A stretch of DNA of 64,000 bases from Azolla caroliniana. Lineage: Eukaryota > Plantae > Polypodiophyta. The notes beneath the pieces are model-generated. The model had not been told where the DNA came from. It saw nothing but the letters and a program-made list of their open reading frames with translations, and did no database searches. The DNA lies in assembly GCA_043228905.1 (NCBI GenBank), contig JBHGNT010000015.1:16926001-16990000 (forward strand), in the 5' to 3' direction. The position numbers were made by a program, and so were the translations under genes. This document shows positions 51,701 to 62,100 of the stretch, piece by piece. Each line of letters starts with the position of its first letter. Positions within the stretch are counted from its first letter, which is position 1.

Positions 51701-54353
51701 TTGTTTATCACATATGTCGCCGTCGACAGTGCCTCAGCCCAAAACTTCTTGGGTAGTTTTGCATGCGCTAGCATACTCCGGACCCTCTCCATTATGGTCC
51801 GGTTCATCCTCTTGGCCAGTCCGTTTAATTCCGGCGTCTTCGGCACGGTAAATTCAAGCCGGATTCCCTTCGAGCAGTAGTACTCCTCGAACTGCCCCCA
51901 GTATTCTCCTCCGTTGTCTGCTCGAACCGCCTTCAGCTTCCAGCCGGTTTCTCTTTCCACTCTCGTGTGGAGCTCTTTGAAGACGGATAACACCTGATCC
52001 TTCGTCTTCAGCTGTGTGGCCCACAACTTTCGGTTGTGGTCATCTATGAACGTCACGAAGTATTGCGCTCCGGCATGTGACTTCGTGTCTACTTGACACA
52101 CATCCATATGCACCAACTCCAGTGGTGCATTACGTCTCATCGGTGTCCTTGGTCGGAAGGAGGTCCGGTTCTGCTTACCGGCCAGACAATCAGTGCACTT
52201 CTCTAAGTGCACGTTCTTCACTGGAATGAGGTTGTCGTCTGCAAGCCTCTTCATCCCCTTCTCGCTCATATGACACAACCTCTTGTGCCACAGCTCACCG
52301 GCAGTGTCGGATGCCACGTTCACTTCTTCCGGACATAACCGGGCATTCATCAGGTACAGTGTGTTGACCTTCCGGGCCCGAGCCACAATCAGGCTCCCTT
52401 TGCTGAATTTCATGACACCCTAAACTTCCGGATGCTACCCGTGTAGCCTTCATCATCTAGCCGACCGGCTGATATCAGGTTCAGATGAACCTCCGGAACG
52501 TGTCGGACATCCTTCAGCAGCAACTTGCATCCGGTTGGTGTTGACAGCCACATGTCTCCTATGCCGACAATTCGGCATGTACCTTCATTCCCCATCCGGA
52601 CACAGCCGTGGTCACCGGTTGAGTAGGATGAGAAGCATTTCCGGTCTGGGGTATGGTGGAACGATGCTCTGGAGTCTACCACCTAGGTCATCTCGTCGCC
52701 AGCAAGGTTTATCTCACTCTCCTCGGTGATGAGCATCAACTCCTCTTCACTTGCCGTGATTGCCGTCGTTCCCTTCCGGTCCGGCCCCCTCCGGTCTTTA
52801 CCGTTCCGGTCTGGGGTCCGCTTCGAATCGGTACCGTCGGTTTCCTTGTCTTTACAGAAATGCCGACAGATCTTTTGGAAGTGACCCGGCTTGCCGCAAT
52901 AGAAGCAAGTGGGCCTCCCCCTTGACTTTGACCGTGTCCCCGACTTCTCCTGGTTCTGGGGACTATGGTTTCTATGTCTTCCGCGTTCCGATTCGGTAAG
53001 GAGTGCTTTGGAGTCGGAGCTCGTATCTTTATCTTTCCGACGTGCCTCCTCATCTAGCAAGCTCGATTTTACTCTTGCTAGGGATAACCGCTTTCCTTCC
53101 GGCCCGGCGTTGCCCAAAGTGACAACCAACGTCTCCCAGCTATCCGGGAGGGAACCGAGCAGGAGTAGGGCTAGTACCTCGTCGGCGAGAGGTACTTCCA
53201 ATGATGTTGCCTGGTGTATCAGCCCCTGGAAGGCATTCATGTGCTCCGCCATGCTGGAGCCATCTTGGTACCGGAGTCTTACTAGCTTCCGGAATACCGA
53301 CACCTGATTGACAACATTTTTGTTCTGAAACATTATGCCGATCTTCTCCCAGAGCTCATGAGCCTTGCACTCTTCATTGAAGTTGTTGTACAGGCTCATG
53401 TCGATGAAGCACCGTATGTACACCGTTGTCTTCATGTGCATCACCTCCCATATCGCGGCGTCGATTTTGTCCGGTCTGTTGTCCCCGAACTAAACCGGCA
53501 GCCAGAGGTCTTTAACCACGAGCATGTCCCTCATCTTCGACTTCCATACTGAATAGTTGGAGCCGGTGAGCTTGAACATGCCGCCAAACGATTCATCCAT
53601 TTTCTGTGTCGTTTTGCTCTGATACCACTTGACGGGAACTCCCGTGTCCTTATGTCCAACGCTCGGCCGCAACCGAGCTTCTTTTCATATGCAGAAAATG
53701 GGAAACAAATGCACGACAGAAAGGAGAGAAAATACATAGGAGGTTTACGTGGAAAACCCCAAACTAGGGGAAAAACCACGGCAGCCCACAGGCTGCAAAC
53801 TGTCACTATGTAAGAATGTACAAACAGTGAGTTCACGGAGGCAACGACCTCGTGCTCACGATCTTCGCCACAGGTGGTGGTTACAACAGAGGCAACGACC
53901 TCGTTCTCTCTCTCTCTCTCTCTCTTTGTACAGTTACGCTCTCTCTCTTCTTCTTGCACCAACAAGAAAAATGACAGCCACTACAACAGTAACTAAAAGT
54001 TTGGCCTAAGTCATATTTATACTAATATGACTTTTCGGCTATTTACAAATATAGCCTCGATGGCCTCTCAAAAATATATTTACGAATATGTCTCTTCATC
54101 CGGTTCATACCGGGTCTACACCATCCGGCTCTCCGTAGCCGGGTACTCCTCATCCGGTTCATACCGGGTCTGCACCATCCGGCTCTCCGTAGCCGGGTAC
54201 TCCTCATCCGGTTCATACCGGGTCTGCACCATCCGGCTCTCCATAGCCGGGTACTCCTCATCCGGTTTCGGCCTCGGCCTATCGGCCTCGACCGAGCTTG
54301 TTCATCGGCACTGTTCTTCTCCCTTCCCATCCGGAGGGACCTGTCTCCCAACA
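48707..54353 (-). mobile_element. Full-length Ty1/Copia element (family C, Tnt1-like pol), both LTRs, inactivated
   Basis: TSD TGTTT (48702-48706 and 54354-54358). 5' LTR 53630-54353 (724 bp, 3 array units) and 3' LTR 48707-49538 (832 bp, 5 units). PBS-Met 53616-53627. PPT AGGGGGAGTT next to the 3' LTR. Confidence 0.97.
49560..53600 (-). pseudogene. Copia gag-pol of family C with a few stops and frameshifts
   Basis: KLTGSNYSVWK, CFYCGKPGHFQKIC, VDSRASFH, LWHKRLCH, RADNGGEY, QLDVKTAFLHG, LYVDDM, FTDSD, RTKHI. TAG in place of the expected Trp at 52683 and 49702. Confidence 0.93.
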
Positions 54354-54599
54354 TGTTTTTGTTTGGTATATACATGTTTTGCTATGCTATGGCGAGATGG
54401 TTACTGTGGACGTTTGTGGTAGTTGGTGACATGTTGGTTGGGGAAAAGGAAGCATGTTTTCTTTGTTTGATAAGGATGAGTGATGGCGTTGTTGGGGGCT
54501 GAAGCAAACTTTTATGAGGGGATGATGAAAGTAGAAGCATTTTCTTTTGCAGGTGTCTGTTGTATTCGGCGAAGTATATTCCAAATTATTATATCTAGA

Positions 54600-54960
54600 A
54601 GACTGCGATTCAAAACTTCAATGGAATGCAAGTACACACATGTCGAAGGAAACAACAGGGAAAGTTTGGTTTGTACATATGCAACACCTACAGATTATGT
54701 TTTCTTGTGCTTCCGAAAGCTTGTGCTAAACTGAAAGTTTTGGAAAATGGCCAACAAATACATGCACGTATTTGTGGAAATAGGGTAGTGGAGAGTAATG
54801 TTTTTTATTTAATGGATATGTATTCAAAAGCTGGTGGCATAGATCAAGTCAGAGATGTAGTCAATAAGGTCTCGTTTCGTGATGTGGTGCCATGGAAGGC
54901 ATTAATAGCACGACTGGTCTTCATGATGGTTGGAAGGTTTACAACATATGCAATGTCAAG
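54600..54960 (+). pseudogene. PLS-type pentatricopeptide repeat gene fragment
   Basis: KACAKLKVLENGQQIHARI...ESNVF..LMDMYSKAGGIDQVRDVVNKVSFRDVVPWKALIA matches L- and S-motif consensus. Frameshifted, with no full ORF. Confidence 0.7.
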
Positions 54961-55422
54961 GGATCATCTCAGATGAATAACTGACATGTTGGATCACTTG
55001 AAAAAGCAAAAAGAGGAGCAACGTGAGGATGCATTGATCAAGTCAAGAAGATGTAACTTCAACAAAATTCTGGAGATGAAGTCACATACATGAACTGTTT
55101 GTTATGCTTCTCGTTTGAAAGATAGTCTACTGCATTGTTCTCATTACAAGATATGCTTCCAATTCGTAAGCCTCCGCGGGGAGGTCTTTATACCCGAGGA
55201 CTTCATCCTCCGAGATTTGCGTTGCCCATGCTCGATCTTTCCCTGGTTCAGCGATGCCTCCTCAGGGATGATGGCCAGGTTGCTCTGTTTGACAACTAAG
55301 GCTTGCTCCTGTTGTGGCTCTTTTTGTTCTGCCGAGGACTCGCAGTTGAGTCGTCTTCTCTTGCTCGGTTGTGTTTGGGGTTCCGGGGCCAGTAGTGTCG
55401 TTTCCTCCGCCTGCTTCCTTTT

Positions 55423-56577
55423 CTAGGGTCGTGGTGGTGCTGCCTGCTGTGTGTTGGGGCGTGGGCTAGGCCCTGGGGAAGTTACCGAGGGGCGCGATGT
55501 TGGCTGTCGAATGGTGACATCATCTGCCGTGTTGTCCTCCGCGGCTATCTCCTCCTCCCATTCTTGGTAGGTCTCGAAAACTGCCCTTTTTTGTTGGGGT
55601 TGGGTGGGTGGTGGTGCAGATGCGGGGTTTTGGTCGGCGGCAGGAGGTGAAGGCGATGTGGGCTCCTCCCATGCTTCGTGGCTGATGGCAATGAATTTCT
55701 CTCTCTGCCTTCGTGGTGGTGGTGGGGACGTGAGTGTGCGAGGGGAAGGAAGAGAAGAGGGTGGGTATAGAACCATCAAAAAGTGGGTAAGAACAGACAA
55801 CGTCTTCTTACCGGACTGGAATGAAGCTAAGGCGGCGCGGAGTCCTTCGCCTGTGATGATTCCCCAATCGATTCTGTTTCCTTCATACGCGCTGATGATA
55901 ATGGCTGCCTTGTTCTGCGGCATGCTCGTCGGGTTCGTATGCATGAATGCATACTCCATCAATATATGAGCAATCTCCCCGAAAGCTCTGTTGGGACTGC
56001 CATACGTGCGATATGCCTTCCTTGAGGCTGAGTACTCACCGAAGTACTCTTTCATCTTCGATGCTGGGGGTATGTCGACCTCATGGTCCCCTCCCCGTTG
56101 CAGGTCCAAAACAGCCCGAAGCACGTTGTTGGTGATGGCTTCGGGACAAATACGTTTAGCCACACCTTGGGCATCTGGGTGTGGGGGGGCATCGATGATC
56201 GTCAGGTAACCACCCATTCCTCGTTCCTGGAGCCAGGCGCGGGTTTCTGTTGAAGCGGTAAGAGGCATGGTGGAGATGGAGACGGGGTTTGACTGTGTGG
56301 AAGAGTGAAGAAGAGTGATGAGGCGAGGGCGAGACAGAGCAGGAACAACAGGAAGGGGAAGTTCAGCAGAGGGGCTATGAGAGCGAAAGAGGGCTTGAGA
56401 GCAAGAGTGTTTAGAGCGATGAGAGCGAGACGGGGTTTCTGAGCTTGAGAGCGATGGAGATTGGGAGCGATAATGAACTTCTGTGTCTGTGCTGCGTTTT
56501 GGAAACGGTTTTAGTAACTTACTCCTAGGGTTTTGTGCCTGAAGCGAATCCTGAAGATTCTGAGTCGTGGGTGCCAT
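55423..56577 (-). CDS. Extra ORF (ORF3) of the Gypsy element, unknown function; the frame continues past a TAG to ~55145
   Basis: 384-aa ATG ORF ~220 bp after integrase in the same sense. S/P-rich ends flank a globular-looking core. Confidence 0.6.
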   Translation of the reverse strand: MAPTTQNLQDSLQAQNPRSKLLKPFPKRSTDTEVHYRSQSPSLSSSETPSRSHRSKHSCSQALFRSHSPSAELPLPVVPALSRPRLITLLHSSTQSNPVSISTMPLTASTETRAWLQERGMGGYLTIIDAPPHPDAQGVAKRICPEAITNNVLRAVLDLQRGGDHEVDIPPASKMKEYFGEYSASRKAYRTYGSPNRAFGEIAHILMEYAFMHTNPTSMPQNKAAIIISAYEGNRIDWGIITGEGLRAALASFQSGKKTLSVLTHFLMVLYPPSSLPSPRTLTSPPPPRRQREKFIAISHEAWEEPTSPSPPAADQNPASAPPPTQPQQKRAVFETYQEWEEEIAAEDNTADDVTIRQPTSRPSVTSPGPSPRPNTQQAAPPRP

Positions 56578-57700
56578 AATAAGTGACTAGCACCACGTGT
56601 CATGAAGGTGAGTAGGGTGCTTCTAGTGCTTTGCATGTGCTTAAATAGGTACTAAATGAGTGGTGGCGAGGGGTGCTCCTAAATTTGTGGGTGCCTAGGT
56701 GGGTGGTGTAGGTGTAGCTAATTGGTGGCTAAACTATGGTTAATCCTACCTACTACTACTTTTATTAATTTCAAGAAGGTGGGTGAGTCCTTATTAAGGG
56801 GGACACGTGGCCTCCTCCGTGGTGGTTTCCCGAAACGGGTTGGGTGGTGTAGTGCTTCGATATGGTCGAAGTCGGAAACCATTGGCCCAACTTTTGACAG
56901 TGTCGCCGGCGAGTGTGCCGAGCTGGAATGTCCCGTTGAACTCGTCGATAATCCAGAATGGACCGGTCCACCGAAATCTTAATTTTCCCGGCATAGACCC
57001 GAGTCGTGTTTGAAAAAGAAGAACCGGTTTGCCGATGGTGAGCTCCTTTTCCAGCCCGTGTCGATGTCGATCCACGAAAGCCTTGCGTTGTCGTTGGCGT
57101 TGTTCGAGCTGGGCCATACTCTCTATCCTATCTTCGCCGAGTTCGAGAAGTTGTTCCAGCCGGTATTGCTCGGATTGGGCCTCGGGGAGCCGTGCTTTGA
57201 TTTGAACTCAAAGGCTCGGGACTTGGAACTCGACGGGCATTACGGCTTCTAACCCGAACGCCATTCGAAAGGGGGTTGATTGGATGCTTGTTTTGAAAGT
57301 CGTACGATACGCCCACAACGCGCTCTGGAGTTTGTCATCCCAATCGGTCCTGTTTTCATTGACGATCTTCTTCAGTATGGTTTGGAGGATTTTATTGGTT
57401 GATTCCGCCAAGCCGTTCGCTTGCGGGTTGTATGGTGTGCTTTTCTTGTGCACCACCGCGTAGTGGTGTGTAAGCTCACGTATTATATGATTGATGAAAT
57501 GCCCACCTTGGTCACTAACGAGCTCGATTGGGCATCCGTAACGGCACCAGAGGTGCTCGTACATGAATTTAGCCGTGGATGCCGCCGTGTTGTCTCGGAG
57601 TGCCTTATCCTCGACCCATTTGGTGCAGTAATCCGTGGGAACGAGAATATACCTATTCCCTTTACGGGCCGTGGGTGGTTTGAAAGGGCCTACAAAATCC

Positions 57701-59180
57701 TGTTGGGAGACAGGTCCCTCCGGATGGGAAGGGAGAAGAACAGTGCTGATGAACAAACTCGCGGCCTCGGCCGAAACCGTATGAGGTGGACCCGGCTACA
57801 GAGAGCCGGATGATGTAGACCCGGTGAAGACCGGATGAGGAGTACCCGGCTATGGAGGGCCGGATGGTGCAAACCCGGCATGAAGACCGGATGAGGAGTA
57901 CCCGGCTACGGAGGGCCGGATGGTGCAGACCCGACATGAACCGGATGAGGAGTACCCGGCGATGGAGAGCCGGATGATGCAGACCCGGTGAAGACTGGAT
58001 GAGGAGTACCCGGCTACGGAGGGCCGGATGGTGCAGACCCGGTGAAGACCGGATTAGGAGTACCCGGCTACGGAGAACCGGATGAAGAGACATATTCGTA
58101 AATGTTGGGAGACAGGTCCCTCCGGATGGGAAGGGAGAAGAACAGTGCCGACGAACAATCTCAGCCGAGGCCGAAATCGGAAGAGGAGTACCCGGCTACG
58201 GAGAGCCGGATGATGCAGACCCGGTGAAGACCGGATGAGGAGTATCCGGCTACGGAGAACAGGATGAAGAGACATATTCGTAAATATGTTTTTTGATAGT
58301 CCATCGAGGCTATATTTGTAAATAGCCGAAAAGTCATATTAGTATAAATATGACTTAGGGCAAACTAGTAGTATGTTGTTGTCAATTTTTCTTGTTGGTG
58401 CAAGAAGAAGAGAGAGTACGTAACGTTGTACAGAGAGAGAGAGAGAAGGAGAGAGAAAGAGGTCGTTGCCTCTGTTGTAACCGCCGCCTGTGGCGAAGAT
58501 CGTGAGTCCGAGGTCGTTGCCTCCGTGAACTCACTGTTTTGTACATTCTTACATAGTGACAGTTTGTAGCCTGTGGGCTGCCGTGGTTTTTCCCCTAGTT
58601 TGGGGTTTTCCATGTAAACCTCCTGTGTATTTTCTTCTTCTTTGTGTCACGTCTTATTTCCCGTTTTTTTCTGTGTATCATTCTAAGCTCGGTTGTGGCC
58701 GAGCGTTGCGCATAAGGAACGACCAATTCCCGTCAGTAAATATGTTTTCTGATAGTCCATCGAGGCTATATTTGTAAATAGCCGAAAAGTCATATTAGTA
58801 TAAATATGACTTAGGGCAAACTAGTAAATAGCAGGTTGTCATTTTCTTGTTGGTGCAAGAAGAAGAGTGAGCACGTAACAGTGTACAAAGAGAGAGAGAG
58901 AGAAAGAGGTCGCTGCCTCTGTTGTAACCGCCGCCTGTGGCGAAGATCGTGAGCACGAGGTCGTTGCCTCCGTGAACTCACTGTTTTGTACATTCCAACA
59001 TAGTGATAGTTTGTAGCCTATGGGCTGCCGTGGTTTTTCCCTCTTTGGGTTTTCCACGTAAACATTATGTGTACCTTTTCTCTCCTTTGCGTCGCGTGTT
59101 TTTCGTTTCCTTTTTCTGTGTATGAAAAGAATCTCGGTTGTGGCCGAGCGTCGTGGATAAGGAGCATTGAGTTCCCGTCA
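57701..59180 (+). mobile_element. Solo LTR of Copia family C inserted in the Gypsy integrase (contains a second solo LTR)
   Basis: TGTTGGGAG...TCCCGTCA termini. TSD AATCC (57696-57700 and 59181-59185). Five array units plus a partial. Confidence 0.95.
58103..58735 (+). mobile_element. Solo LTR of Copia family C nested inside a solo LTR of the same family
   Basis: TGTTGGGAG...TCCCGTCA termini with its own TSD GTAAA (58098-58102 and 58736-58740). One array unit plus a partial. Confidence 0.95.
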
Positions 59181-62100
59181 AATCCAAACCCCATTTTTGA
59201 AATGGGTCCAACGGTAGAATCGGCTGGTGTGGCATGCGTGACTGTTCCATTGGTTGCCCCAGTCGTTGGCACAAATCGCACTGCCGGCAAAACTCGTGAG
59301 CATCTCTCTTTGTTGTTGGCCACCACAATCCACTTTGCCAAACTTTCCCTGCCGTGGAATCCCCGGCGTAGTGCCCCCCAGCTACTCCTTGGTGGGCCTC
59401 CTGAAGAACGACGTTCTTCTCGAATTGCCGAATCGCTCGGCACCATATGCCGTCCTAGCCTTTGTGGTAGAGAATGTCCGAGACGAGGCAAAAATTCCGG
59501 CTACGCACTGCTAGGCGTTTTCTCGTGTCAAGGGGCATGTGCTCGGGAGGTAAACCGGTAGTGAGAAAATGGGTCATCTCCGTGATCCATTCATTTTCGT
59601 TATCGTCTGGTATCGTGGTCAGGTTAAATAGGCTGGCGTCCGGTAGCTTGTTGTACGTTGTTTTCGCCGGTTCCCCTGACTCAAGACAGCTCAAGTAGTC
59701 GGCGACGACATGTTGTACCCCGGGTCGATGCTGAATCTGGAAATCAAACTCTTGGAGTAGGAGCATCCACCGAGCCAACCGTCCGGTGAGGGCTTGTTTA
59801 TTGACCAAATAAAGAAGGGCCGAGTGATCCACGTGAAAGGTAAATTTTCGGCCCAAGAGGTAATGCCGGAATTTATTGATGCTATAAATCATACTGAGGG
59901 CCTCCAGCTCGGTGGTGGAGTAATTCTTTTCCGCAGTCGAGAGCCGTTGGCTGGCGTAGTACACGGGCCTATACCAGTTTAAGGGGTGTGCATTGCATCA
60001 GGGCACTTCCAATGGCGATGTCCGAAGCATCTACGAAGACATGAAACGGTTCGGACCAAACCGGAGACTGGACCACCGGGGCATGTGACAACATTAGTTT
60101 TAGGGTCTGATAGGCCATGCCCTCGATTGACGTCCATTGGAAGGGAAAGCGATGGACTGCCGTGTGTAAAGGTGTCGCGAAATCGGCCAGGTGTCGTATC
60201 ATTCGGCTGTGCCACCGGATCTGTCCCAAAAAACGGCTTAGTGCCTTAGCGTTCGAGGGTGCAGTGGCGGTCAGGATTGCCTTTACTTTATCCGGGTCCA
60301 TAGTGAAGCCTTCTTGACTGACAATGTGGCCGAGAAGGTTGCCGCTGGTGACTAAGAACGCGCATTTCGCCGGGTTTAAGCTCAATCGAGCTTGGCAACA
60401 TCAGTCGAGGCAGAGTCGTAACTGGGTCATGTGTTCCCATCGATGGCCATACACGGCGAAATCGTCGAGAAAGACTTGCATGAACGCTGGGATGTAGTCA
60501 TGAAAGATTTCGGTGATGATGCGTTGGAACGTAGCCGGCGCCGTTTTTAGACCGAACATCATTACTTCTGCTACAAAAACACCCCATTCCGTGACGAAAG
60601 CGGTTTTCTCTTGATCCTCCGGGTGCATTCTTATCTGGTTATAGCCGCTGAACCCGTCGAGGAAACTGTAGCATTCGTGGCCGGCTACCGTGTCGAGGAT
60701 GCTGTCCGTGAATGGGAGAGGGAAACCGTCGATGACTGTTGCTGCGTTAAGCTTCCGATAGTCGACGCAGACGTGGATTTTTCCGTTCTTCTTTGGGACC
60801 ACTACAATCGGGCTCAGCCACGTGGCCCGTTTAATAGGGCGAATGAAGCCCACTCGGAGTAGTTTGTCGATTTCCTCTTTGATTTTAGCGGCGTAGTTGG
60901 GGTTCATCCTGTAGCGCCTTTGCTGAACCGGACGAGTGTCGGGTAAGATGTGAATTTGATGTTGGTAGTATTGAGGATCCAACCCCTTCATATCGGTGTA
61001 AGACCAAGCAAAAACATCCTGGTAGTCGGTGAGCAATCGTACGAGGCATGCCCGTTCTCCGGTTGGTAGATTATTGGCAATTTGTAACGTACGGGGATTC
61101 TCGTCCGAACCGAGGTTTATTGTTTCCAGGGTTGATGCTTTCACTCGTTGTGAAATGGCGAGTTCGCGTTCGAAAGCCTCCCGAGCATGATGTAGCTCGG
61201 CAACTGTGGTTGGATCTGGTTCATCTTGGGGTGGTGACTCCTCCGTGACTTCCTCGTCTTTAGGTGGGTCGATGGTTGGTAAGGCATTGATTTCGAAGAG
61301 AGGGATGATCGTGGGATGATCATCTAGGAAGTCATCGACCTCCTCATCGGCCAAACCGTCAAGCATATGGAACCCTTCCGCGTATAACGGCGAAGTGTTG
61401 AGGGCGACGGGGACTCGTTCTTCAGTGATGATTCAGACTTGTCTTGCCTCTTCGGAACGAGATCATGTTGCGTTGCCAATGTTGCTTGATATTCGCTGTA
61501 CGCAACCATGGTTGACCTAGTAACATTGGGTAGGCGCCTTGTGTCTCCAGTCTTAGCAAAATGGCCGAGATCGTGAACATGTGGCCTCCGAGTGTGAAGT
61601 CGAGATGGCGGATTAAACCAATGGGGCGAACGGAGTGGGTGTCGGCCATCCGAAGCCAAAAGGGGCATGGTTCCCATTGATTCAGGCCGAGGTTGTGACA
61701 CGTTGACTCGCTAATAACGTTTACGCCGGATCCGCCGTCGATGATGCATCCGTGCAGGTGTTGTCCCTTAATGATGATTCGCACGGCTGGGTTCTGAGAA
61801 TCCATGAGTGGTGGACCGGTTCCTGCTTTGGTGAGGTGTACCGGTGGCGTCACGGGCTTAGTATTGGCTTGGAGTGCCGCCAGGGTGTCCCGAAATCTCG
61901 GCATGAGTGGTAACAGTTTATGTAGGGGCAACGAGATGCGGGAGTTGGTAAGAACATCCCATAGCTGGTCGTCCTCCGACGATGTGGATGGTACCGAGGT
62001 TTGTGGTGCTTCACTGGGCCCGTCTCTCATGTCAGTTTGCATGCGTAGGGCATTATTTTTATTGGCCGTGTCGATCCATTCTTTTGCTGCCTGATGGACT

